Source: an uncultured Microthrixaceae bacterium (GTDB lineage Bacteria > Actinomycetota > Acidimicrobiia > Acidimicrobiales > DATDAH01). From it: a stretch of 64,000 bases of DNA. The stretch lies in NCBI GenBank assembly GCA_963728005.1, contig CAVSIG010000005.1:446010-510009 (forward strand), given 5' to 3'. The position numbers and the translations under genes were made by a program. The notes beneath the pieces are model-generated. The model saw nothing but the letters and a program-made list of their open reading frames with translations, was not told the DNA's origin and did no database searches. Positions 8,907-17,957 of this stretch are shown here, in pieces (position 1 is the stretch's first letter; the number at the start of each line of letters is the position of its first letter).

Positions 8907-11900
8907 ATGTGCGGGATCATCGCTGTCGTCCGTCGACCGTCCGACCGCGTGCCGGCGTCGAGCGAGGCGCTCCTCGCCCTGGCCGAGCGGGCCGCCGAGG
9001 ACGCCGGTGGCTTCGCCCACCTGCCCCCGGGCGTGGAGCTGGCCGAGCTCTTGACCACGGTCACCGCTCCGCTGACCCAGGTGGACGACGCCCTGCGGGG
9101 CTCGGCGGGCGTGCGCACCCTGCTCTCCGACGCCGCCCTGGCCCCGACCCTGGACCGGCTGGCCGCCTCCGTCGAGGCCCGGGCCGACGCGGTCGAGGGG
9201 GCGCTCGACCACGCCGAGTCGCTGGGCTCGACGGCTGACCTCGAGCGGGTCAACGCCGCCCTCGTCGCCCTGCGGGACGCCGCCTGGGCCATCCGCCGGG
9301 ACCGCCTTCCCACGGCGGCCAAGGTGGCCGAGCTGGCCGGCTCCGACCCCGGCCGGGCCGCCATCGAGGCCTGCCTGTCCATCCAGCAGGTGCTGTCGGC
9401 CATCGACCGCCTGGAGGTCCGGGGCCGGGACAGCGCCGGCGTGCACGTCCTGGTGCACGGCCACGACCTGGACCTGGGGGCCCCCGCAATTCGGGCGCTG
9501 CTGGAGGGCCGGGACCAGGACCCCCGCTTCGTCAACGGCGCCGTCCGGGTGACCGACGGCGGCCACCTGGCCTTCGTCTACAAGGCCGCCGCCGAGATCG
9601 GTGAGCTGGGTGACAACACCGCCGCCATCCGAGCGGCGATCGTGGCCGACCCGCTGTTGCGGCTGGCCCTCGACCGCCCCCGCGCTGAGGCCGTCATCCT
9701 GGGCCACACCCGGTGGGCCAGCGTCGGGATCATCTCCGAGCCCAACGCCCACCCCGTGTGCGGCGAGGAGTCCGACGGCGTGCCCCGGCCGTACGTGGCC
9801 GCCGCCCTCAACGGCGACGTCGACAACCACGCCGACCTCCGCTCGGAGGAGGGTCTGGTCGTGGCCGCCGAGATCACGACCGACGCCAAGGTCATCCCCG
9901 CCCTGACCGCCCGCCGTCTGGCCGAGGGTCACGACTTGGACGAGGCCTTCCGCCGGACGGTGGCCACGCTGGAGGGCTCGGTGGCGATCGGCGCCACCAA
10001 TGCCGTCGCTCCCGAGCAGCTCCACCTGGCCCTGCGGGGGAGCGGGCAGGCCCTCTACGTGGGGCTGACCGACGGCGCCTACGTGGTCGCCAGCGAGCCG
10101 TACGGGCTGGTCGAGGAGACCACCACCTACGTCCGCATGGACGGCGAGACCCCGGCCAACCCCGAGAACCCCACCGCCAGTCGCGGCCAGGTCCTGGTCC
10201 TCGACGGCGCCCGGGCGGGAACCCTCGAGGGCATCCGGCGCATCGCCTACGACGGCACCGAGCTGCCGGTCACCGAGGCCGACGTGGAGCAGGCCGAGAT
10301 CACCACCCGCGACATCGACCGCGGCGAGTTCCCGCACTTCCTGCTGAAGGAGATGACCGAGGCCCCCGGCTCGTTCCGCAAGACCCTGCGGGGTCGCCTG
10401 ACCGAGCGGGACGGGCGGGCCACCGTCGACCTGGGCCCGGAGACGCTGCCCGACGACCTGCGGAAGGCGTTGCGCGACGGTCGCATCCAGCGGGTGCTGG
10501 TCACCGGCCAGGGCACGGCGGCGGTCGCCGGCCAGAGCCTGGCCGCCACGCTGGAGGCCCTCACGCCCGACCTGCCGGTCCGCGTCGAGTCGGTGGTGGC
10601 CACCGAGCTCTCCGGCTTCGAGCTGGCCGACGACATGAGCGACACCCTGGTCGTCGCCATCTCGCAGTCGGGGACCACGACGGACACCAACCGGACGGTG
10701 GACCTGGTCCGCTCGCGGGGCGCCAGCGTCGTCGCCATCGTCAACCGGCGGGGGAGCGACCTGACCGACAAGTCCGACGGCGTCCTGTACACCTCCGACG
10801 GCCGGGACGTGGAGATGAGCGTGGCCTCCACCAAGGCCTTCTACGCCCAGGTCGCGGCCGGCGTGCTGCTGGCCGCCGCCCTGGCCGAGGAGCTGGGAGC
10901 GGCCGACTCCGGCGAGCGGGCGTCGATGCTCGCCGCCCTGCGTGGCCTGCCCGACGCGCTGGCCAGCGTCCTCGAGGATCGCGAGCGCATCGGGGTCACC
11001 GCCCGCGAGCTGGCACCGAGCCGTCGTTACTGGGCGGTGGTGGGCAACGGCCCCAACCGCATCGCCGCAGCCGAGGTCCGGATCAAGCTCTCCGAGCTCT
11101 GCTACAAGTCCATCGCCTGCGACGTCACCGAGGACAAGAAGCACATCGACCTGTCGTCGGAGCCGATGATCCTGGTCTGCGCCGCCGGCCTCACCGGATC
11201 CAACGCCGACGACGTGGCCAAGGAGGTGGCGATCTACCGGGCCCACAAGGCGGCCCCGGTGGTGATCGCCACCGAGGGCGAGGGTCGCTACACGTCGGCC
11301 CTGCAGGCCCTGACCGTGCCCCCGACCCACCCCCGGCTGGCCTTCGTGCTGTCGGCCATGGTGGGCCACCTGTTCGGCTACGAGGCCGCCCTCGCCATCG
11401 ACGAGGGGGCCCGCCCACTGCGGGAGGCCCGGGCTGCCATCGAGCAGGCCGTGGGCACTCGGGTGGAGGGCGCCGATGCCGAAGCCCTGCTGGAGGACCT
11501 ACGCCCCGAGTTCGAGGCGCTGGCCGGCCGCTTCGCCGACACCCTGCGCAGCGGCGGCTACGACGGCCACCTCGAGGCCAGCACCGCCAGCCGCGCCAGC
11601 GCCCTGTTCCGGTATGCCCTGGGCACCTCGCCGCTGGACGGCTACCAGGCCGAGTACGGCAAGGTCGGGACCCCCGGCGTGATCGTCGAGGACCTGACGT
11701 CGGCGCTGACCCGGGCCATCGAGGAGCTGACCCGACCGATCGACGCCATCAAGCACCAGGCCAAGACGGTCACCGTGGGCATCTCCCGCACCGACGAGAC
11801 GCTGCTGCAGGTGCCTCTGGTCCGCGAGGTCATGGCCGCCGGCGCCCCCCGGGACGGCCTCACCTACCAGGCCCTGCGCACGCTGGCCGACCTGGACCCT

Positions 11901-12368
11901 GCGATCGCCGAGGTCATCGGCTGGACCCGCTACCGCATCGAGGGTCGACCGGAGCGCGGCGACGCCCGCATCGTGGCCCTGGACCGCGGCGGCGTGGCGG
12001 CCGGCATCCCCACCCGCACCGACCAGGACCAGCGCCTGCGAGGCACCAAGAACCGGGTCGCCACCGAGCGTCAGGTGCTGGTGGCCACCGGCCGCCGGGA
12101 CGGGCGCCCGATCGTGCTCGTCCCCGAGACGAAAGACGGTCAGCCCACCGGCCTGACGCTGCTGCACGTCCGCTTCCGGGACCGCATCTCGGCGGCCACG
12201 GCCCGGGGCGTGCTCCAGGGCTACCGGGACCGCTACGCGCTCCTCCGGGACGCCGTGACGGAGACCGAGCCCACGTTCCGGGAGGACCTGCTGGCCGAGA
12301 TCGACGTGGCCGACCTGCTGGTCGCCTCGATCACGTCGCTGGCGGACCGGTTCCGCAGCGAGAGCTGA
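8907..12368 (+). CDS. Atypically long (1152-aa) GlmS-like glutamine amidotransferase with two SIS domains, a large N-domain insertion and a C-terminal extension
   Basis: MCGII (Ntn Cys), RLEVRGRDSAG, GHTRWASVG, NGDVDNHADL, FLLKEM. SIS1: ISQSGTTTDT...ASTKAFYAQ. SIS2: GNGPNRIAAAEVRIKLSELCYKS...KKHIDL. Single uninterrupted frame. Occupies the glmS slot upstream of acpS. Confidence 0.8.
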   Translation: MCGIIAVVRRPSDRVPASSEALLALAERAAEDAGGFAHLPPGVELAELLTTVTAPLTQVDDALRGSAGVRTLLSDAALAPTLDRLAASVEARADAVEGALDHAESLGSTADLERVNAALVALRDAAWAIRRDRLPTAAKVAELAGSDPGRAAIEACLSIQQVLSAIDRLEVRGRDSAGVHVLVHGHDLDLGAPAIRALLEGRDQDPRFVNGAVRVTDGGHLAFVYKAAAEIGELGDNTAAIRAAIVADPLLRLALDRPRAEAVILGHTRWASVGIISEPNAHPVCGEESDGVPRPYVAAALNGDVDNHADLRSEEGLVVAAEITTDAKVIPALTARRLAEGHDLDEAFRRTVATLEGSVAIGATNAVAPEQLHLALRGSGQALYVGLTDGAYVVASEPYGLVEETTTYVRMDGETPANPENPTASRGQVLVLDGARAGTLEGIRRIAYDGTELPVTEADVEQAEITTRDIDRGEFPHFLLKEMTEAPGSFRKTLRGRLTERDGRATVDLGPETLPDDLRKALRDGRIQRVLVTGQGTAAVAGQSLAATLEALTPDLPVRVESVVATELSGFELADDMSDTLVVAISQSGTTTDTNRTVDLVRSRGASVVAIVNRRGSDLTDKSDGVLYTSDGRDVEMSVASTKAFYAQVAAGVLLAAALAEELGAADSGERASMLAALRGLPDALASVLEDRERIGVTARELAPSRRYWAVVGNGPNRIAAAEVRIKLSELCYKSIACDVTEDKKHIDLSSEPMILVCAAGLTGSNADDVAKEVAIYRAHKAAPVVIATEGEGRYTSALQALTVPPTHPRLAFVLSAMVGHLFGYEAALAIDEGARPLREARAAIEQAVGTRVEGADAEALLEDLRPEFEALAGRFADTLRSGGYDGHLEASTASRASALFRYALGTSPLDGYQAEYGKVGTPGVIVEDLTSALTRAIEELTRPIDAIKHQAKTVTVGISRTDETLLQVPLVREVMAAGAPRDGLTYQALRTLADLDPAIAEVIGWTRYRIEGRPERGDARIVALDRGGVAAGIPTRTDQDQRLRGTKNRVATERQVLVATGRRDGRPIVLVPETKDGQPTGLTLLHVRFRDRISAATARGVLQGYRDRYALLRDAVTETEPTFREDLLAEIDVADLLVASITSLADRFRSES

Positions 12369-12372
12369 CCCC

Positions 12373-12744
12373 GTGGTCGTCGGCGTCGGGACCGACCTGG
12401 TCGACCTGGACCGGTTCCGGCAGGCGGCCGAGCGGACGCCGGGCATCCTGACCCGCTACTTCACCGAGGGCGAGCGCGCCTACGCCGAGCGGCGCAACGA
12501 CCCCACCGAGCGCTACGCCGCCCGCTTCGCCGCCAAGGAGGCGGTGATGAAGGCGCTGGGCGTCGGCCTGGGCGCCTGCGCGCTGGTCGAGATCGAGGTG
12601 GTGCGGGACGAGGACTCGGGCGCCCCCGACCTGGTCCTCCACGGCAAGGCCGCCGCCCTGGCCGAGGAGCGGGGCGTCACCGCCTGGCACCTCAGCCTCA
12701 GCCACACCGACACCGCCGCCCACGCAATGGTGATCGCCACCTGA
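12373..12744 (+). CDS. acpS: Holo-[acyl-carrier-protein] synthase
   Basis: VVGVGTDLVDLDRF...FAAKEAVMKALG...SLSHTDTAAHAMVIA in a 123-aa ORF. Confidence 0.9.
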   Translation: MVVGVGTDLVDLDRFRQAAERTPGILTRYFTEGERAYAERRNDPTERYAARFAAKEAVMKALGVGLGACALVEIEVVRDEDSGAPDLVLHGKAAALAEERGVTAWHLSLSHTDTAAHAMVIAT

Positions 12745-12751
12745 CCTCTGC

Positions 12752-12803
12752 GGTTCTGGCGCCTGATTCGGCCGCCATAGCGACCAAATCAGGCGCCAGA
12801 ACC
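12752..12803. repeat. Perfect 17-bp-stem hairpin downstream of acpS. Terminator-like, and a member of the GGTTCTGG...CCAGAACC palindrome family.
   Basis: GGTTCTGGCGCCTGATT (12752-12768), 18-nt loop, AATCAGGCGCCAGAACC (12787-12803). It shares its outer 8 nt with the hairpins at 19.1 and 20.3 kb. Confidence 0.7.
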
Positions 12804-12829
12804 GAGACGGGTGGTCGACACTGTCGGAC

Positions 12830-13327
12830 ATGGCCGTCACCGTCCGCAACGCCACCCTCGACGACCTCGACGAGCTCATGGCCCAGCGGGCCGAGGTGGC
12901 CGGCGAGGGGCGGTGGATCGCCGCCGAGTTGCCGCTGGACGAGGAGCGTGACCGCAAGACGTTCGCCGAGAGCGCCGAGCGGGGGTCGTTGTTCGTCGCC
13001 GAGGTGGACGGCGAGATCGTCGGAATGCTCGGCATGGACGTTCCCCGCTACCTGGTCGCCGACCTCGGCATGCAGGTGCGGGACGGGTACCGCGGCCAGG
13101 GCATCGGCTCGGCCCTGCTCGAGCGGGCGATCGAGTACGCCCGGGAGCAGGGCTGCCACAAGATCGCCCTGCAGCACTGGCCCCACAACGAGTCGGCCCG
13201 GGCCCTCTACGAGAAGTACGGCTTCGAACAGGAGGGCTATCTGCGTCGCCAATACCCGCGCAAGAACGGCGAGATCTGGGACGCCGTGGTCATGGGGCTG
13301 CTGCTGGAGCCGACGTCTGGCGGCTAG
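12830..13327 (+). CDS. GNAT family N-acetyltransferase
   Basis: 165 aa with RDGYRGQGIGSALLERAIEYAREQGCHKIAL (acetyl-CoA Q/RxxGxG/A motif). Confidence 0.8.
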   Translation: MAVTVRNATLDDLDELMAQRAEVAGEGRWIAAELPLDEERDRKTFAESAERGSLFVAEVDGEIVGMLGMDVPRYLVADLGMQVRDGYRGQGIGSALLERAIEYAREQGCHKIALQHWPHNESARALYEKYGFEQEGYLRRQYPRKNGEIWDAVVMGLLLEPTSGG

Positions 13328-14897
13328 GGAGGCGACGGACGAAGAACGTCGCCAGGAGGGCCGCCAGCGCCAGGATCGCCAGCGAGGAGCGCAGCCCGAC
13401 CAGCCGGGCGTCCTCGTTCACGTCGGCGATCGCTTCGATCGTCGCCTCATCGAGGCCGCTGTCGGCGAGCTCATCCTCGAGCTGCTGGTCCGAGATGAAG
13501 GGCACCCCGGCCGCCAGTTGGACGTCAGCCGTCTGGGCCACCTCGTCGGGCACGTCCGGGTTGGTCGCGATGCCGGTCAGGAACGCCGACGTGAGTCCGG
13601 CGACCAGCACCGATCCGGCCAAGGCGGTCCCTAGCGACGAGCCGAGGTTGGTGAACGTGTTCTGCAGGCCGCCGACCTCGCCCGAGCGCTCGTCGGGCAC
13701 GGCGGAGACGGTCACCGCACCCAGCTGCGAGACCACCATCCCGATGCCAAGGCCGGCGAGGAGCAGGGGCACGGTCACGACCTCGGGCCCGGCACCGGCG
13801 TCCAGGGCGACGATCAGCGCCACGGTGCCGATGACGAGCGACGCCATCCCCCCCGTCACGACGCGGCGGGGGGAGGCGTTCGGGCGCCACCTCGGGATGC
13901 CGGCCGCGGCCAGAAGCAGGGTCAGCGAGAGCGGCAGGAGCCGGGCGCCGGTCTCCGCCGCCGAGAGGCCGAGGGCCACCGAGAGGTACAGCGGGATGCA
14001 GAAGAACAGCCCCATCTGTATGAAGAACAGGAAGAAGAAGCTGACCAGGCCGTGGCGCAGCTGGGGAATCTTGAACAGCTCGGGATCGAGGAACGGGGTC
14101 AGGCCCCGTGCGGCCCGGCGCCGTTCTCGCTCCATGAAGAAGCGCAGCACGGCGGCGCCCAGGAAGAGCAGCCACACGACCGGTGAGAGGCCCAGCCACT
14201 CCGGCGCTCCGGCGTTCGGTGCTATCCAGCCCCACACCCCGGAGCGCAGGACGCCGAACACGATCAAGCCGAGGCCGAGGGCGGAGAGCACGGTGGCCAC
14301 CGGGTCGATCTTCAGGTCGCGCTCCGGGGGCGCGTCCTGGAAGCGCCGGCCGAGGACGAGGATGGCGGCGACGAGGACCACCTCGCCGGCGAACACCCAC
14401 CGCCAGGACCACTCGGTGGTGACCACGCCGCCGATCAGCGGACCCACGGCGATGGCGACGGCCGCCGCGGAGGCCACCAAGCCGTAGGCCCGGGGCCGCT
14501 CCGCCGACTCGAAGTTGCTGGCCACCAGGCCGACGATCGCCGGCATGATCAGCACGGCCCCGAGACCCTCGAGCAGCGACCAACCGAGGAGCAGCACGGT
14601 GAGGTTCGGGGCGATCGAGGTCGTGAACGAGCCGGTGCCGTACACCACGCAGCCGATGAGGAAGGCCCGCTTCAGGCCGATCTTCCGGCCCACGGTCCCG
14701 CCGGTGATCATGAAGGCCGCCATCACCAGCGTGTAGGCGGTGATCGCCGTCTGCACCCCGGTGATGTCGGTGCCGAGGTCCTCGGCCACCGTGGCGATGG
14801 ACACGTTCATCACCGAGCTGTCGAGGGCCATGAGGAACTGGCCCGTGGCCAACGTCAGCAGGACGATGCCGGTGCCACTCTTCACGCGATCGGGCAT
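13290..14897 (-). CDS. MFS transporter, DHA2 (EmrB/QacA-like, 14-TMS) drug:H+ antiporter family
   Basis: 535 aa. N-terminus reads LATGQFLMALDSSVMNVSIATVAEDLG...GGTVGRKIGLKRAF. Many hydrophobic segments. Confidence 0.85.
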   Translation of the reverse strand: MPDRVKSGTGIVLLTLATGQFLMALDSSVMNVSIATVAEDLGTDITGVQTAITAYTLVMAAFMITGGTVGRKIGLKRAFLIGCVVYGTGSFTTSIAPNLTVLLLGWSLLEGLGAVLIMPAIVGLVASNFESAERPRAYGLVASAAAVAIAVGPLIGGVVTTEWSWRWVFAGEVVLVAAILVLGRRFQDAPPERDLKIDPVATVLSALGLGLIVFGVLRSGVWGWIAPNAGAPEWLGLSPVVWLLFLGAAVLRFFMERERRRAARGLTPFLDPELFKIPQLRHGLVSFFFLFFIQMGLFFCIPLYLSVALGLSAAETGARLLPLSLTLLLAAAGIPRWRPNASPRRVVTGGMASLVIGTVALIVALDAGAGPEVVTVPLLLAGLGIGMVVSQLGAVTVSAVPDERSGEVGGLQNTFTNLGSSLGTALAGSVLVAGLTSAFLTGIATNPDVPDEVAQTADVQLAAGVPFISDQQLEDELADSGLDEATIEAIADVNEDARLVGLRSSLAILALAALLATFFVRRLPSRQTSAPAAAP

Positions 14898-14900
14898 CGC

Positions 14901-16061
14901 CTATGGCTCTCTCGTGTCGATCGGCTTCGTGCTGAAGAAGCGGGGCCGCCCGACGACCAGCGCCCGGTCGGTGGTCCACGGCGCCGGGGGGGCGTGGGTC
15001 AGGCCGGCGAGGCCTCGGATCGAGCGGTCGTAGGACGACCGGACGCGCCGGAACCGATCCCACCCTCGCTCCTTGTCCACGACGCCCAGCGCCCCGACGG
15101 CGCAGAGCTGGTCGATCGCCGCGTCGTACTCCTCCCGCGTGACGCTGGTGCCGCCCGGGGCCTCGCCGCCGCCGGCCACCATCTCGACGAGCGTGGACGG
15201 CTCGAGCACGTCGATGGCGGAGGCCCGGGCGACCCCCGTCATGGCCGACGCTCCGTGGATGAGCACGAGCACGAGGCCACCGAGCTCGGCCCGCTCGTCG
15301 CCGACGAGGCCCGGCATGAGCGGCTGGTCGTCCTCGAGGTCGGCGGCCGAGAGCACGAGGGTGGCGGCGTCCAGCACCGCCCCCGCGGTGGCCACCCACG
15401 AGCGGTCCTCCCGCTGGGGTGGGAAGCCGGCCAGCGCGGGGAAGGCGGTGTGGCTCTGCTCGAGGGCGACGAACCAAGCCGAGGCGTCGCTCCAGATGCC
15501 CTTCCCGGAGATCGCGTGGGCGGCGTGGAGCCGCGACAGCAGCTGGACGGCCGAGGGGGGGCTGCCGGTGAGGGGAGCGAGGAGGCCGACGCCCTGTTCG
15601 CGGGTGCTGTACGCCACGTAGAGGGTGGGCAGGAAGCTGATGAGCAGGGCGACGATCCCCAGCCCGATGGTGGCCTCGATGAAGGTCAGCAGGATGAGGC
15701 CGCTGCCCTCGGGGCGGGCGAAGCCGAGCGTGAAGAGGGACGAGCCGCTGGTGACCCAGGCCTCGTGGAGCGATCCGACGTCGAGGCCCCAGAAGACGAA
15801 CGTGAACCCGACGGCGATCAGCATCGACCAGGCGAACGGCAGGGAGACCAGCGCTGCAGGCGCGTAGACCGCACTCAGGCGACGGGGCACGAGCCGGTGG
15901 GGGTTCGCGCTGGTGAACACCCGGTTGGCGACGGCGAACACGAAGCGGGTGATGCGGGGGAGCTCGCCCTGGGGGAGGATGACTGTGCGGAGGGCGGAGA
16001 GCAGGACGACGGCGACGACGTACCCGCCGACGACGACCGCGATCGCCTCCCCAGCCGTCAC
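14901..16061 (-). CDS. Hypothetical membrane protein with a K+-channel-like 2TM/pore-helix core and a soluble C-terminal domain
   Basis: GTG at 16061 gives VTAGEAIAVVVGGYVVAVVLL... Then WVTSGSSLFTLGFARPEGSGLILLTFIEATIGLGIVALLISFL, in which TLGFAR sits where TVGYGD would be. The stop is 3 nt from the MFS start. The upstream part of track ORF 14901..16760 is an alternate-frame artefact. Confidence 0.55.
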   Translation of the reverse strand: MTAGEAIAVVVGGYVVAVVLLSALRTVILPQGELPRITRFVFAVANRVFTSANPHRLVPRRLSAVYAPAALVSLPFAWSMLIAVGFTFVFWGLDVGSLHEAWVTSGSSLFTLGFARPEGSGLILLTFIEATIGLGIVALLISFLPTLYVAYSTREQGVGLLAPLTGSPPSAVQLLSRLHAAHAISGKGIWSDASAWFVALEQSHTAFPALAGFPPQREDRSWVATAGAVLDAATLVLSAADLEDDQPLMPGLVGDERAELGGLVLVLIHGASAMTGVARASAIDVLEPSTLVEMVAGGGEAPGGTSVTREEYDAAIDQLCAVGALGVVDKERGWDRFRRVRSSYDRSIRGLAGLTHAPPAPWTTDRALVVGRPRFFSTKPIDTREP

Positions 16062-16123
16062 GCGGCAAGTATGACCGACCGGTCGGGGCGCAGTCGGTGA
16101 GAGGACTCGGGCATCATCGCGGG

Positions 16124-17474
16124 GTGCTCCCCGTCGTGACGCCCGAGGAGATGGGGGCGATCGACGCCGCCGCCCCCGAGCCGGTCGAGGTGCTGATCGA
16201 GCGGGCCGGCGCGGCCGTCGCCCGGGCGGCCACCGGCCTGCTGGGCGGCACCTACGGGCGGCGGGTCGTCGTCGTGGCCGGCAAGGGCAACAACGGGAAC
16301 GACGGCCGGGCCGCGGCGCGGCGCCTGTCCCGGCAGGGCGTCCGGGTGCGGGTGCTCGACGCCACCGACCTCCCCGAGGCGCTCCCGCCCTGCGACCTGG
16401 TGGTCGACGCCGCCTACGGCACCGGGTTCCGGGGGGAGTGGCTGGCCCCGTCGACGGACGGCCCCGGTCCTGGCCGTCGACATCCCGTCGGGTGTGGACG
16501 GGCTGACCGGGGTGGCCGTCGGCCGCCCGTTCGCGGCCGTGGCCACGGTGACGTTCGCGGCCCTGAAGCCGGGCCTGCTCCTGGCCGACGGCCCCGAGCT
16601 GGCCGGTGAGGTCGACGTGGCCGACATCGGGCTCGACGTGTCGTCGGCCCGGGCCCACGTCGTCGAGGACGTCGACGTTGTCGGGTGGCTGCCCGATCGC
16701 GCCCGCGAACACGCACAAGTGGCAGGCCGCGGTGCGGGTGGTCGCCGGGTCGCCGGGCATGACCGGCGCCGCCCACCTGGTCTCGGCGGCCGCCTTCCGG
16801 GCGGGGGCGGGCTACGTGACGCTGTCCAGCCCCGGCATCGAGTCCGATCCCCTCGCCCCGACCGAGGTCGTCGGCCGCCCGCTGCCCGACGAAGGAGTGG
16901 GCCGAGCCCGTCCTCGACGATGCCGAGCGCTTCGGCGCGCTGGTCGTCGGGCCCGGGCTGGGCACGGGCGACACGGTGGCCGACGGCGTGCGGGACGTGG
17001 TCGCCGCCTGGCCCGGTCCCGTCGTGGTCGACGGCGACGGCCTGACCGCCCTGGGGGACGCGGCGCCGGACGTCGTCGGCCCGGCCACACGGTGCTCACC
17101 CCGCACGACGGCGAGTTCGCCCGGCTGGCCGGCGGCCCGCCGGCGCCGGATCGCTTCGCCGCCGTCCGCGAGCTGGCGGCGGCGACGGGGGCCGTCGTGC
17201 TGCTGAAGGGCTCCGACGACCGTCGTGGCCGACCCCGGCGGCGAGGTGCTGGTGTCCACCACCGGGGACGCCCGCTCGCCACCGCCGGCACCGGCGACGT
17301 GCTCTCCGGGATCATCGGCGCGCTGCTGGCGCGGTGGCGTGCCACCGGCCCGAGCCGCGGCCGCCGGGGCCTTCCTCCACGGACGGGCCGGAGCCGTAGG
17401 CTGCGCGCCGCGGCCTGGTCGCCAGTGACCTGCTCGACCGGCTCCCGATCGTCCTCGACCTGCTGCAGGAGTGA
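16124..17474 (+). pseudogene. nnr: Bifunctional NAD(P)H-hydrate epimerase/dehydratase (YjeF_N + carbohydrate kinase). The reading frame is broken by about 8 single-base indels.
   Basis: The following segments lie in different frames: VVVVAGKGNNGNDG...DAAYGTGFRGEW | PVLAVDIPSGVDGLTG...GLLLADGPE | NTHKWQAAVRVVAGSPGMTGAAHL | WAEPVLDDAERFGALVVGPGLG | TVLTPHDGEFARL...VLLKGS | TVVADPGGEVLVSTTGDAR | LATAGTGDVLSGIIGALLAR | VPPARAAAAGAFLHGRAG | GLVASDLLDRLPIVLDLLQE*. Confidence 0.85.
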
Positions 17475-17477
17475 TTC

Positions 17478-17948
17478 ATGCCCCGCGACGTGCCCGCCCG
17501 TGACGTGATGACGACCGACGTCGTCACCTTCGCCCCGCACGAGCCCATCGTCGAGGCCATGCAGCGTCTGGTCGACAACGGCGTCGACGCCGGGCCGGTG
17601 GTCGACGACGACGGCAAGGTCGTGGGGATGCTGTCGACCGGCGACCTCATCGTCCAGGAGTCCGCGCTCCACGCCCCGACGGTCATCAACATCCTGGGCG
17701 GCCTCTTCGAGCTGCCCGGAAGCCGGAAGAAGTTCGAGAAGGAGCTGGAGCAGGCCGTGGCCGTCGACGTCGAGGACGCCATGTCGCCCGATCCGATCAC
17801 CTGCGGCCCGGACGACACCGTCGAGGCGGTCGCCACGCTCATGCACGACAACGACATCTCCCGCGTGCCGGTCGTCGAGGACGGGCAGCTGGTCGGCATC
17901 GTCGCCCGGGGCGACATCCTGCGGGCGATCATCACGCCCACCGAGTAG
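17478..17948 (+). CDS. CBS domain pair protein
   Basis: Intact 156-aa ORF with two CBS repeats (DVMTTDVVTF..., MSPDPITCGPDDTVEAVATLMHDNDISRVPVVEDGQLVGIVARGDIL). Confidence 0.8.
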   Translation: MPRDVPARDVMTTDVVTFAPHEPIVEAMQRLVDNGVDAGPVVDDDGKVVGMLSTGDLIVQESALHAPTVINILGGLFELPGSRKKFEKELEQAVAVDVEDAMSPDPITCGPDDTVEAVATLMHDNDISRVPVVEDGQLVGIVARGDILRAIITPTE

Positions 17949-17957
17949 CCCGGACCC

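Noticed and set aside
3315-11369. Very long minus-strand ORFs (3315..4940, 4972..7323, 5558..8395, 7968..11369) lie antisense to rplM-glmM-FtsX-glmS.
   Set aside because: Their translations are Arg/Gly/Pro/Ala-rich low-complexity sequence with no motifs. They overlap strongly supported plus-strand genes. This is the typical stop-codon-poor antisense frame of high-G+C DNA.
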